A stretch of DNA of 64,000 bases from Oscillospiraceae bacterium (lineage in GTDB: Bacteria; Bacillota; Clostridia; Oscillospirales; Oscillospiraceae), in assembly GCA_015067585.1 (NCBI GenBank), contig SVMC01000001.1, positions 33,876-97,875 on the forward strand, written 5' to 3'. Below, piece after piece: positions 28,665-37,422 of this stretch (positions within the stretch are counted from its first letter, which is position 1; each line of letters begins with the position of its first letter). A program made the position numbers and the translations under genes. The notes beneath the pieces are model-generated. The model made no database searches and had not been told where the DNA came from. It saw nothing but the letters and a program-made list of their open reading frames with translations.

Positions 28665-29393
28665 ATGTATGCAATTGAGACAATGGGCCTTACCAAGCGG
28701 TACAAGGAACTGACCGCCGTAGCCGATCTCCGTTTGAAGATCCCGCAGGGGGAACTCTTTGCCCTGTTGGGGGTGAACGGCGCGGGCAAGACCACCACCG
28801 TCAAAATGCTCTCCTGCCTGACAGACCCCACCGCCGGGGATGCCAGGGTAGGCGGCTTCAGCATTACAAAGGAAGCGGGTGAGGTAAAGCGGCGCATCGG
28901 CGTTTCCCCGCAGGAGACTGCGGTGGCGCCCAATCTTTCCGTCCGGGAAAATTTAGAACTGATCTGCGGGATCCACGGCTTTTCCAAGGAAAAAACGCAA
29001 AATAAGATTTGCGAGCTTACCGAAAAATTCTCTCTGGAGGATGTCCTGCGCAGAAAAGCGGGAAAGCTGTCCGGCGGCTGGCAGCGGCGGGTCAGCATCG
29101 CCATGGCCCTCATCAGCGAGCCGCAGATCCTGTTTTTGGATGAGCCCACCCTCGGTCTGGATGTGATCGCAAGGCATGAGCTTTGGGATACGATCCGTGC
29201 CCTGAAGGGCAGGGTGACCGTCATTCTGACCACCCATTATATGGAAGAAGCCGCCGCCCTGTCTGACCGCGTCGGCATTATGAAACGCGGCCGCCTGCTT
29301 GCGGTGGGAACGGTGGAGGAACTGAAGGAAATGGCGGGAACGGACAGCTTTGAAGCCGCCTTTGTATCCATTGTAAAGGAGGATGCGGTATGA
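28665..29393 (+). CDS. ABC transporter ATP-binding protein (ABC-2 type)
   Basis: Walker A GVNGAGKTT, signature LSGGWQRR and Walker B LFLDEPT.GLD. GGAGG lies 8 nt upstream of the ATG at 28665. Confidence 0.9.
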   Translation: MYAIETMGLTKRYKELTAVADLRLKIPQGELFALLGVNGAGKTTTVKMLSCLTDPTAGDARVGGFSITKEAGEVKRRIGVSPQETAVAPNLSVRENLELICGIHGFSKEKTQNKICELTEKFSLEDVLRRKAGKLSGGWQRRVSIAMALISEPQILFLDEPTLGLDVIARHELWDTIRALKGRVTVILTTHYMEEAAALSDRVGIMKRGRLLAVGTVEELKEMAGTDSFEAAFVSIVKEDAV

Positions 29394-30121
29394 GAATGCT
29401 TCCCTTTGCCAAACGCTGTGGCAGGGAGATCCTGCGCGATCCCATCAATCTTGGCTTCGGTCTGGGATTCCCGCTGGTTTTATTGCTGCTTCTCAGCGCG
29501 CTGCAGGCCAATATTCCTGTGAGCCTCTTTGCCATCGACACCCTGACCCCGGGCATCACCGTATTCGGTCTTTCCTTCATGACCCTGTTTTCCGCGACTT
29601 TGGTCGCAAGGGATCGGGAAAGCGCCTTCCTTCAAAGGCTGTATACCACGCCGCTGACGGGTCTTGACTTCATTCTGGGCTATATGCTCCCGCTTCTTCC
29701 CATTGCCATCGGGCAGACGGTGGTCTGCTATCTGGCTGCCATCCCTTTGGGCTTGACGGTTAGCCCCAATATTGTGTATGCTATTCTTGGCAACATCCCC
29801 ATGGCGATCTTCCATATTGCGCTGGGCCTTTTGTGCGGCAGTGTACTGGGGGTAAAGCAGGTGGGCGGCATTTGCGGCGCCCTGCTCACCAACCTTTCCG
29901 CATGGCTTTCCGGCGTATGGTTTGATTTACAGCTTGTGGGGGGATTCTTTGAAAGAATTGCCAATGCCCTGCCCTTTGTCCACGCGGTGGAGATGGAAAA
30001 GGCGCTGTTGGCCGGGAACATTGGAGCGGCAATGCCCCACCTTCTGCCCGTTGCACTCTATAGCGGGGCAGCATTGGCAGCGGCGGTGCTTTGCTTCCTC
30101 TGGCAAATGAAAAAACAGTAA
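29390..30121 (+). CDS. ABC-2 type transporter permease
   Basis: 243 aa with six hydrophobic segments. It overlaps the ATPase stop by 4 nt. Confidence 0.85.
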   Translation: MRMLPFAKRCGREILRDPINLGFGLGFPLVLLLLLSALQANIPVSLFAIDTLTPGITVFGLSFMTLFSATLVARDRESAFLQRLYTTPLTGLDFILGYMLPLLPIAIGQTVVCYLAAIPLGLTVSPNIVYAILGNIPMAIFHIALGLLCGSVLGVKQVGGICGALLTNLSAWLSGVWFDLQLVGGFFERIANALPFVHAVEMEKALLAGNIGAAMPHLLPVALYSGAALAAAVLCFLWQMKKQ

Positions 30122-30133
30122 GGATTTGAGGCC

Positions 30134-30577
30134 ATGAAGTATAAACTGGTGATCGACAAAAACGCGGAAGAAGAGATCATAGCCATCGTTCACGCTCCCT
30201 CCACCCTGACGCAGCAGATCGAAAATCTTGTGTGCAGTTTCTCCGGGTCGGACAGCGTCATGGGTTCCCGGGAGGATGAGCTGCGGAAGCTGGCCTTCGA
30301 TGAGATCGAGTGCATCACCGTTCTGGACAGAAAGGTGATCGCCATTGACAGGGAAGGGAAGCACTACCGTGTTCAGGATCGGCTTCGTGATTTGGAGTCG
30401 GTGCTGCCCTCCTATTTTATCCGCATCAATAAATCTACCCTGGCCAATGAGCACTGCATCGTGCGCTTTGTTGCGGTATTCAGCGGTGGTGTGGACGCGG
30501 TGTTCCGGTGCGGACACCGGGACTATGTTTCCCGCCGATGCTTTGCGGAAATCAAAAGGAGGTATGAAGGGGTATGA
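30134..30577 (+). CDS. LytTR-family DNA-binding protein
   Basis: 147 aa. LytTR-like F.R.(N/H)KS.(L/I).N. Confidence 0.75.
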   Translation: MKYKLVIDKNAEEEIIAIVHAPSTLTQQIENLVCSFSGSDSVMGSREDELRKLAFDEIECITVLDRKVIAIDREGKHYRVQDRLRDLESVLPSYFIRINKSTLANEHCIVRFVAVFSGGVDAVFRCGHRDYVSRRCFAEIKRRYEGV

Positions 30578-31008
30578 AAAGGTTTGGTTTGGAATTCCTT
30601 CGTCGGGGCATCATGGCCTGCGGCCTTGGCCCCATCGTTTTGGCGGTGCTCTATCTGATCCTGCGGGAATGTGCCGGACTGGAGACCCTCACCGTTTCCG
30701 AGGTCTGCATCGGCATCCTCTCCCTCACCGCGCTGGCCTTCGTCGCCGGCGGCATGAATGCCATCTATCAAATAGAAAAGCTGCCCCTGATGGTGGCCAT
30801 CTCGATCCACGGTGCAGTATTATATGTCAGCTATCTGGCCACCTATCTCCTCAACGACTGGCTGGATTGGGACATCCTCCCGATCCTGGTCTTTTCCGGA
30901 ATATTTGTGGTTGGCTACCTTGCCATCTGGGCCATCATCTACTCCATCATCAAGCGCAATACCGGGAAGCTCAACAAGCTCCTGCAGGAAAAACAGCAGT
31001 ATCTATAA
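30574..31008 (+). CDS. DUF3021-family membrane protein (usual partner of the LytTR regulator)
   Basis: 144 aa with four TM segments. It overlaps the LytTR stop by 4 nt. Confidence 0.7.
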   Translation: MKRFGLEFLRRGIMACGLGPIVLAVLYLILRECAGLETLTVSEVCIGILSLTALAFVAGGMNAIYQIEKLPLMVAISIHGAVLYVSYLATYLLNDWLDWDILPILVFSGIFVVGYLAIWAIIYSIIKRNTGKLNKLLQEKQQYL

Positions 31009-31010
31009 GG

Positions 31011-31051
31011 AACAGAGACAGTTCATCCCCCATGAACTGTCTCTGTTTTTT
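31011..31051 (+). terminator. Intrinsic terminator
   Basis: aacagagacagttcat / atgaactgtctctgtt stem followed by ttttt. Confidence 0.88.
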
Positions 31052-31288
31052 GATGCGCAAAACGGACCCGCATTCACAGAAGCAAGTGCCCTGAAATCTT
31101 TCAAACCGCGAACATATCGTTTTAGACATAACAAGATAGTAGGGGTGGTTTTCGATCTGTGCGATGGGTTCCGATGCGTCCGTAGGGGACGGGGCTCCCG
31201 TCCCATAGAAATCGATTCGACATAGGAGCTTCTTGGGACGGGAAAACCCGTTCCCTGCAGCGAAATCCTGAGAATTTTGCCAAAGGAC

Positions 31289-31316
31289 TTGACATAGAGA
31301 GATTATGTGCTATACT
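31289..31316 (+). promoter_or_regulatory. Sigma-A promoter of the PadR operon: TTGACA, 16-nt spacer, TGcTATACT
   Basis: Hexamers and the extended -10 were read directly. Confidence 0.7.
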
Positions 31317-31337
31317 GTATTTAGTAATACTAAATAC
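31317..31337. promoter_or_regulatory. Perfect 10-1-10 inverted repeat GTATTTAGTA-A-TACTAAATAC at the predicted transcription start (putative PadR operator)
   Basis: The palindrome was read directly. It lies immediately downstream of the -10 box and 23 nt upstream of the PadR GTG start. Confidence 0.65.
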
Positions 31338-31359
31338 ATAGCGGTACGGAGGTGATTTT

Positions 31360-31698
31360 GTGGAAGATCGCTTATTACAGCAACTGAAAAAGGGTGTGCT
31401 TGAAATGCTGGTATTGGAGATCATCTGCCAGAAAAGCACCTATGGGTATGAGCTGATGGCGGCGCTGAAGTCCCGGTCCGCAGCGCTCTTTACCCTGAAG
31501 GAGGGAACGCTGTACCCCATTTTATACCGTCTTGAGGATGAGGGGTTGATTGTATCGGCCTGGTCCCAGGGGATCGGAAAGGCTGCCCCAAAGAAAATGT
31601 ACACTGCCACAGAGGCGGGGCATCAGGAGCGCCTGCGGCGATATCAGGTATGGAAGACATTTTCCGGCACGGTAGACCGGTTTTTTGAGGAGGGCTGA
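31360..31698 (+). CDS. PadR-family transcriptional regulator
   Basis: Carries LKKGVLEMLVL..I......YGYEL and L.EGTLYPIL.RLE..GLI. GTG start 7 nt after GGAGG. Confidence 0.88.
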   Translation: MEDRLLQQLKKGVLEMLVLEIICQKSTYGYELMAALKSRSAALFTLKEGTLYPILYRLEDEGLIVSAWSQGIGKAAPKKMYTATEAGHQERLRRYQVWKTFSGTVDRFFEEG

Positions 31699-31702
31699 AA
31701 AG

Positions 31703-32191
31703 ATGAACAAAGCAGAAAAAAGAATGAAGCATTATACAAACGCAGTAGAGCGCAGGCTGAATCTGCCACGGGATGTGCGTTCCCGGGTGATGCATGATTT
31801 TTGCAGCTCCATTGAGGGCCGCCGGGAAGCCGGACTGTCTGACGGAGAGATCTATGCCGAGCTTGGCTCGCCCAAAAAGGTCGCGGCTGAGCTGAATGAG
31901 CAGATGAAGGACTATGCTTATGTAAAGAGTCCCTGGCGCTGGCTTTTCCTCGGCTTGAGCATCCTTTGCGGCTGCTACCTTACAGTTGAGGGCGCGGCAG
32001 GCATCTTTGCCTATTTCCTGACGCAAAGCACAGCGGCAAGCGTAGGCATCATCGGCGGCGCCGATGGACCCACAGCAATATTTGTCACAGCATCACCCTT
32101 GAGCCTTGCAGGAAGAGCTGCCCTTACCCTGATCGTACTTCTGTTGGGAATTTTAGGTTTCTACCGCCTGAGCCGGTGCAAAAGAAGATAA
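31703..32191 (+). CDS. DUF1700-like membrane protein (usual PadR partner)
   Basis: The N-terminus Y...V...L.LP...R......(D/E)......E....G.S..EI...LG.P..VA.E is followed by TM segments. Confidence 0.7.
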   Translation: MNKAEKRMKHYTNAVERRLNLPRDVRSRVMHDFCSSIEGRREAGLSDGEIYAELGSPKKVAAELNEQMKDYAYVKSPWRWLFLGLSILCGCYLTVEGAAGIFAYFLTQSTAASVGIIGGADGPTAIFVTASPLSLAGRAALTLIVLLLGILGFYRLSRCKRR

Positions 32192-32495
32192 TGGGGAGAC
32201 AGTGGATTCGATCGGGTTGCTTGCCTCTCAGAAAGGAGATTTTGTATGTTTATGTTTAAGTGACTAATGCATTTGTTGCAACCTTCTTCCGATAAAATAG
32301 AAGAGAAACTGTTGGGGGTTACTAATTGCATATTTGTATGCAATTTTCATAGTATTTCACACCATGGATAGAGGGGACTTTCCGGCGCAGGAGAGATATT
32401 TTGTGTTATCTTGTCCTTATTGTTTTATTTGTCAAAATACACAAAAATATTTTTTTATTTTCATTGCTTCTTACTGTAGCATTATACCAGAATTC

Positions 32496-32504
32496 TGATA
32501 TAAT
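32496..32504 (+). promoter_or_regulatory. Extended -10 promoter element TGATATAAT
   Basis: Read directly. No good -35 box. It lies in an AT-rich tract upstream of the repeat RNA region. Confidence 0.5.
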
Positions 32505-32510
32505 AAAGAT

Positions 32511-32658
32511 GCGGAGGTTCCGCAATGATATAGATTAAAACTCTGTGTCACCGTCATCCTAAGACTTGTAGGGCGCAAGTCACTAATAAAGAATGCCCAC
32601 TGAGTTGATCTTCCCGTAGAGCGCGGGAAGGGTAAACAAAAAAATGCTCACCGAGAAG
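32511..32658 (+). ncRNA. Putative type III antitoxin-like RNA: three units of about 50 nt (hairpin, A-rich linker, YCACYG box)
   Basis: Unit hairpins are at 32511-23 (gcgga/tccgc), 32563-81 (gacttg-tagggcg-caagtc) and 32610-30 (cttcccg-tagagcg-cgggaag). The shared box is aatgcccactgag (32592) / aatgctcaccgag (32643). No ORF is present. Confidence 0.4.
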
Positions 32659-32691
32659 ACGGCCTGCTTACACGCATGGCCGTTTTTCTTT
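32659..32691 (+). terminator. Intrinsic terminator between the repeat RNA and the toxin-like ORF
   Basis: acggcc...ggccgt stem (plus tgc/gca) followed by ttttcttt, 20 nt before the GTG start. Confidence 0.7.
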
Positions 32692-32710
32692 GGCTAAGAG
32701 GTGTCGAATC

Positions 32711-33139
32711 GTGCTGAACATTGTATTCTTAACAAAGAAATTCTTCTCAGACTATGCTGGCTGTGATGAAATAAGAACAAAAGAAAAGCGGCCCTATGTC
32801 TGTATATATGTTGTGGTCGATGGTGTGTTGTGGGCGATTCCTCTGCGTTCTCATATCAGCCACGAATATGTTATCTGGACGGATAAAGAAAACGGATGTG
32901 GCATTGATTTTTCAAAGGCGGTTGCAATTAGTAAGCCAGATGAATACATATCAAGTCAGAAACCCTATATCCGACCAAATGAATTTGCTGTATTGAAAAA
33001 GATAAACAAGTACACCATTGTTCAGAAAATGAAGCAATATATGAAAGCATATCTGAATGCAAAGAATCATCCGGAAATTGCACGAAATAAGCAATTATTA
33101 GAATTCTCTACACTTCAGTATTTCGAAGAATACTTGTAA
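32711..33139 (+). CDS. ToxN/AbiQ-like (type III TA endoribonuclease toxin-like) protein, about 142 aa
   Basis: RBS AAGAGGTG plus a GTG at 32711 (track start 32690). The core KRPYVCIYVVVDGVLWAIPLRSHIS resembles the RP(Y/F)(I/V)G(I/V)......Y(F/L)APL(S/T)S motif of ToxN/AbiQ. The gene is AT-rich. Confidence 0.55.
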   Translation: MLNIVFLTKKFFSDYAGCDEIRTKEKRPYVCIYVVVDGVLWAIPLRSHISHEYVIWTDKENGCGIDFSKAVAISKPDEYISSQKPYIRPNEFAVLKKINKYTIVQKMKQYMKAYLNAKNHPEIARNKQLLEFSTLQYFEEYL

Positions 33140-33233
33140 CACCATAGGGTGGCTCGCTTTTTCTATGCACTTTCGTCGATAGGAATTGCTTTCGTGACGA
33201 ATTCTCTTCTGTTCGTTGATGTCTTACCAGAGA

Positions 33234-33272
33234 GAATTCCTGAGCTGGGAAGCGGAATCCATTTTTGATTGA
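33234..33272 (+). pseudogene. 3'-terminal remnant of a PepSY-protein paralog (EFLSWEAESIFD-stop)
   Basis: 35/39 nt identical to the 3' end of the intact PepSY gene (28466..28504), including the stop codon. No upstream coding sequence remains. Confidence 0.7.
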
Positions 33273-33287
33273 CAGTAACGATAACGA

Positions 33288-33315
33288 ACCCCCGGACGGC
33301 TTGCCGTCCGGGGGT
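33288..33315. terminator. Bidirectional GC hairpin (acccccggacgg / ccgtccgggggt)
   Basis: 12-bp perfect stem with a 4-nt loop, between the remnant and the convergent HD gene. Confidence 0.7.
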
Positions 33316-33323
33316 AACTATGT

Positions 33324-33905
33324 TTATAGGGTTTCCAGTTCGTCCAGATTTCTGGCGAAGGCGGGAAGGCAGCGCTCCATGAACCAGTCCAGTTCGGGGC
33401 GGTGCATGTCCTCCAGGGCTTTTCTCGTCTGGCGGCAGGCGGCTTCGAATTCGGTGTTGCCTGCTTTCAGCTCCTCGATGCATTTGATGTGGGCGCTGAG
33501 CTTGTCCGCGGCTTTGACGATGGGCAGCACACTTTCGTCCGATTCCATCAGGGGCGCTTCCAAGCCCTGCCGCAGCTCCGGGGGCAGCATGGTAAGCAGC
33601 CGCTCACAGCTCACCCGCTCCACCTGCTTATAGGCATGGCGGATCTCAGGATTATAGTATTTGATGGGGGTGGGCAGATCGCCGGTGAGGATCTCGCCGG
33701 CATCGTGGAACAGGGCCGCTGTGGCGCAGCGCTCCGGGTCTGCCTCCAGACCCAGCACATCCCGGCGGATCAGCGCTAAGGCATGGGCCAGCACCGCCAC
33801 CATATGGCTGTGCTCCTGAATGTTCTCGGAAAATGTATTTCTCATCAGGCTCCAGCGGGTGATGTAGCGCATCCGCGAGAGCATGGCATAAAACGGATAA
33901 TCCAT
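33324..33905 (-). CDS. HD-domain 5'-deoxynucleotidase, YfbR-like
   Basis: Carries L.R..RW.......ENI.EHS..VA..AH and LFHD..E..TGD.PTP. Confidence 0.85.
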   Translation of the reverse strand: MDYPFYAMLSRMRYITRWSLMRNTFSENIQEHSHMVAVLAHALALIRRDVLGLEADPERCATAALFHDAGEILTGDLPTPIKYYNPEIRHAYKQVERVSCERLLTMLPPELRQGLEAPLMESDESVLPIVKAADKLSAHIKCIEELKAGNTEFEAACRQTRKALEDMHRPELDWFMERCLPAFARNLDELETL

Positions 33906-34032
33906 GGCATTCCCTCCTCATGGCTTTTAGTATAGCGCATCGGGAGAGGAAATGGAAGGATTATTTCGATAGAACGCGAAAAAGCGAAAACGGCAGGGGG
34001 ATAGAGCATGGCTCTTCCCCCTGCGTTATATA

Positions 34033-34701
34033 CTATTGAAAAGAGGGCGGTGTGACTTCCTTTCCGGAGAATCCGGCGTTGGCGGGACTCGGCTCGGACA
34101 TGCTGAAATACATCTTCGCCGCCTTGGTGGTGCCGAAATCCCGGTTGGAGCCGGTATTCTGCACCTTGTTGAAGGCTTCGCGGAACATGGCGTTGTGGGC
34201 TTCTTCCCGATTCAGCAGGAAGTCAATGGTCTGTCGTACTTTTTTGTCACTGATCTGGCGGTAAAGATACTCGTACACCACCTTGGCCCGCTGTTCTGAT
34301 GCGATGTTGGACAGAAGATCCGCGCACAAATCTCCGGTGACGGATACATAATCTCCTGTCCAGGAGTAGCCGGAGGCATTGATAAGCCCGGGATTCAGGC
34401 CTGTCAGCACATGGGACTGGATTTGACCGGCGGGCACCTGCGCCGATTCCACATCATGGCCATTGAGAAGGCTGATGGTCTGGGCTACCATCTCCATGTG
34501 GCTCAGTTCTTCGGCTGCAATATCCAGAAACAGATCCTTGATTTCCGGATCCTTCACCCGAAAGCTCTGGGACATATACTGCATGGCGGCCTTCAGTTCT
34601 CCGTTGGCACCTCCAAGCTGCTCCTGCAGCAGTGCTGCATACTGGGGATTGACCTTCTCTATCCCCACCGGGTGGAACAATTGCTTTTCGTGTTTGAACA
34701 T
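34033..34701 (-). CDS. Manganese catalase-family protein (CotJC-like)
   Basis: MFKHEKQLFHPV....P.YA.LLQEQLGG..GELKAAMQY..QSF and EE.SH.EMV. The ATG at 34701 with a GAGG RBS is preferred over 34806. Confidence 0.88.
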   Translation of the reverse strand: MFKHEKQLFHPVGIEKVNPQYAALLQEQLGGANGELKAAMQYMSQSFRVKDPEIKDLFLDIAAEELSHMEMVAQTISLLNGHDVESAQVPAGQIQSHVLTGLNPGLINASGYSWTGDYVSVTGDLCADLLSNIASEQRAKVVYEYLYRQISDKKVRQTIDFLLNREEAHNAMFREAFNKVQNTGSNRDFGTTKAAKMYFSMSEPSPANAGFSGKEVTPPSFQ

Positions 34702-34765
34702 GGCAATTACCTCGCTTTCTGATAGGATTTCGTGCTTCTCAAAGTGAAATGCTACGAAATCCGGC

Positions 34766-34791
34766 GCATACTGTTTACAGGAACAGTATGC
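34766..34791. promoter_or_regulatory. Perfect inverted repeat GCATACTGTT-N6-AACAGTATGC in the catalase upstream region
   Basis: Read directly. A second 9-bp hairpin lies at 34725-34762, between it and the start codon. Confidence 0.4.
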
Positions 34792-34908
34792 GGTTAGTTT
34801 TTCCAAAAATGCACGCAGTATACACAGAAAGGAGGCAAAGGTTCCGGATCTGCAGTTGCGCAGAGGAAAAGCTGCCTCCGAATCCGTTCAGAGGCAGCTT
34901 TTGGCAGC

Positions 34909-36867
34909 TTATTTTCCCCGCAGCTCGATGATCTGATCCCGCAGGGCGGCGGCGTATTCGTATTCCATCATGCGGGCGGCCTTCTTCATCTGCTTTTCCA
35001 GCTTGGCGATGGCCTCCTCCCGCTCCCGTTTGGTCATCTTCACATTGCCCTTTTTTAGCATCTTGGTGGTGTCCTGGGTGATCTCAATGAGGTCACGAAC
35101 ATCCTTCTTGATGGTCTTGGGCACGATGCCGTGGCGGGCGTTGTAATCTTGCTGGATCTCCCGGCGGCGGTTGGTTTCGCAAATTGCGGCATTCATGGCA
35201 GCCGTGATATGGTCGGCATACATCACGACCCGACCTTCTGCGTTTCTGGCGGCACGACCGATGGTCTGAATAAGGGAGGTCTCGCTGCGAAGGAAGCCCT
35301 CCTTGTCCGCGTCTAAAATGGCCACAAGGCTCACCTCGGGAAGGTCGAGACCCTCACGCAGCAGGTTGATGCCCACCAAAACATCGAATTTTGCCATACG
35401 AAGATCACGGATAATTTCCATGCGCTCCATGGCACCCACATCCGAGTGCATATAGCGCACCCTGATGCCGGATTTCAGCAGATAATCCGTGAGATCCTCC
35501 GCCATTTTCTTGGTGAGGGTGGTGACCAGCACCCGTTCCTGCTTTGCGGTGACCCGATGGATCTCTTCGATGAGATCGTCGATCTGCCCCTCGATGGGGC
35601 GGACAAAAATTTCCGGATCCAGCAGGCCCGTGGGACGTATGACCTGCTCCGCGATCTGGCCCGCCCGCTCCCGCTCAAAGGGTGCGGGGGTGGCAGAGAT
35701 ATAGACGCGCTGGCCGATCTTTTCTTCAAACTCCGTGAAGGTCAGGGGACGGTTGTCAAAGGCGGAGGGCAGGCGGAAGCCGTACTCCACCAAGCTCTCT
35801 TTTCTGGAGCGGTCGCCATTGTACATGGCCCGCACCTGGGGCAGGGTCACATGGCTCTCGTCGATCATCAGGAGGAAATCCTCCGGGAAATAGTCGATGA
35901 GGGTCATGGGGGGCGTTCCCGGCGCTCTGCCGGAAATGACCCGGGAATAGTTCTCAATGCCGGTGCAGAAGCCGATCTCCTGCATCATTTCCATGTCATA
36001 GCGGGTGCGCTGGGCAATGCGCTGAGCCTCCAGCAGCTTTCCCCGCTCCTCAAAATACTTCACCCGCTCTTCCATTTCCCGACCGATCTCTCCGATGGCC
36101 CGCTCCATTTTCTCCCGGGTGGTGACATAGTGGCTGGCGGGATAGATGGCCACATGGTTGATGACCCGCTCGGGAAGACCGGTGACGGCATTGATCTCGC
36201 TGATGCGGTCGATCTCATCCCCAAAGAATTCAATGCGGATGGCCCGGCCTGTCCAATAGGCGGGGTAGACCTCCACGGTATCGCCCCGCACACGGAAGGT
36301 GTTTCGGGCGAAATTCAGGTCATTTCGCTCATAGCGGATCTCCGTTAATTTACGAAGCAGGGCCTCAATGGGCCGGGTCTGGCCGATTCTCAGAGAAATG
36401 ACCATGTTCTGATAGTCGATGGGGTCGCCCAAACCGTAGATGCAGGAGACGGATGCCACCACGATCACATCCCGCCGCTCAAACAGGGCAGAGGTGGCGC
36501 TGTGGCGCAGACGGTCGATCTCTTCGTTTACGGAGCTGTCCTTCTCAATATAGGTGTCGGTGTGGGCGATGTATGCCTCCGGCTGATAATAATCGTAGTA
36601 GGAAATAAAGTATTCCACTGCGTTTTCCGGGAAAAATTCCCGAAATTCCGTACAAAGCTGGGCAGCAAGCGTTTTATTGTGGGCCAGAACCAGCGTAGGC
36701 CGGTTCATGCGGGCGATGACATTTGCCATGGTGAAGGTCTTGCCGGAGCCGGTGACGCCCAAAAGGACCTGCTCAGACAGGCCCATTTCCAGACCTTGCA
36801 CCAATTTCTCAATGGCCTGGGGCTGATCGCCGGTGGGCTGAAAAGCGGAATGCAGCCGAAAATCCAT
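34909..36867 (-). CDS. uvrB: Excinuclease ABC subunit B
   Basis: 652 aa. Carries GDQP.AI..L..G, Walker A GVTGSGKT and the C-terminal UVR domain YE.AA.LRD.I..L. Confidence 0.97.
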   Translation of the reverse strand: MDFRLHSAFQPTGDQPQAIEKLVQGLEMGLSEQVLLGVTGSGKTFTMANVIARMNRPTLVLAHNKTLAAQLCTEFREFFPENAVEYFISYYDYYQPEAYIAHTDTYIEKDSSVNEEIDRLRHSATSALFERRDVIVVASVSCIYGLGDPIDYQNMVISLRIGQTRPIEALLRKLTEIRYERNDLNFARNTFRVRGDTVEVYPAYWTGRAIRIEFFGDEIDRISEINAVTGLPERVINHVAIYPASHYVTTREKMERAIGEIGREMEERVKYFEERGKLLEAQRIAQRTRYDMEMMQEIGFCTGIENYSRVISGRAPGTPPMTLIDYFPEDFLLMIDESHVTLPQVRAMYNGDRSRKESLVEYGFRLPSAFDNRPLTFTEFEEKIGQRVYISATPAPFERERAGQIAEQVIRPTGLLDPEIFVRPIEGQIDDLIEEIHRVTAKQERVLVTTLTKKMAEDLTDYLLKSGIRVRYMHSDVGAMERMEIIRDLRMAKFDVLVGINLLREGLDLPEVSLVAILDADKEGFLRSETSLIQTIGRAARNAEGRVVMYADHITAAMNAAICETNRRREIQQDYNARHGIVPKTIKKDVRDLIEITQDTTKMLKKGNVKMTKREREEAIAKLEKQMKKAARMMEYEYAAALRDQIIELRGK

Positions 36868-36870
36868 GGT

Positions 36871-37410
36871 TCAATCCTCCCAACGCAGTTTTTTGCACAG
36901 GCGGCTGCCGAAGGAGCAGCCAAGCAGGGCACAAATCATGCCCACCAAGATACCACCAAGCACATCCGTGGGGAAGTGGACATAGAGGTAGAGGCGGGAA
37001 AAGGCGATGATGGAAGCCAGAATCAGCGCCGGAATGGCGAGTTTGCTGCGCCGCAGCGCCACTACTCCCGCCGCGGCAAAGGAAACCGCCGTATGGCCGG
37101 AGGGGAAGGAGGCGTCATGGGGCGCTTTGATCAAAAGCGCCACCTCCCGAAGCTCGTAGGGACGAATCCTGCCCACGAGGGGTTTTAGAATCATGTTGCA
37201 CAGCAGAAGATCAAAGATCAGCGCCAGCGCCATACACACACCAAGGGGGCGGGTCTTTCGGATGCAAAGCAGGATCAGCGCCAGCACGATCCAGACAATG
37301 CCCGTGTCACCCAAGTGCGTGACGGCAGAAAAGAAATTGTCTAAAAAAGGAGTTCGCAGGGACGCAATGGCATCCAATACCGAAAGATCCCACTGGGTTA
37401 TCATATCCAT
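36871..37410 (-). CDS. PAP2-family phosphatase (undecaprenyl-diphosphatase-like)
   Basis: Carries motifs KPLVGRIRP, PSGHT and SRLYLYVHFPTDV. Confidence 0.85.
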   Translation of the reverse strand: MDMITQWDLSVLDAIASLRTPFLDNFFSAVTHLGDTGIVWIVLALILLCIRKTRPLGVCMALALIFDLLLCNMILKPLVGRIRPYELREVALLIKAPHDASFPSGHTAVSFAAAGVVALRRSKLAIPALILASIIAFSRLYLYVHFPTDVLGGILVGMICALLGCSFGSRLCKKLRWED

Positions 37411-37422
37411 AATTGCGCTCCT

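Noticed and set aside
32161-32343. The 60-aa minus-strand ORF and the tiny ATG-TTT-ATG-TTT-AAG-TGA ORF at the left edge of the AT-rich islet.
   Set aside because: The first overlaps the DUF1700 gene 3' end and has no RBS. The second is too short to support as a gene.
32260-32587. GTNACTAAT recurring at 32260, 32318 and 32579, as evidence for additional older antitoxin repeats.
   Set aside because: It is only a 9-nt motif in AT-rich DNA with irregular spacing. That is too weak to call.
32192-33323. Calling the AT-rich islet a mobile element.
   Set aside because: No integrase, transposase, terminal inverted repeats or target-site duplication were found. Only the compositional contrast and the PepSY stump support horizontal origin, so it is reported as a finding rather than as a mobile_element feature.
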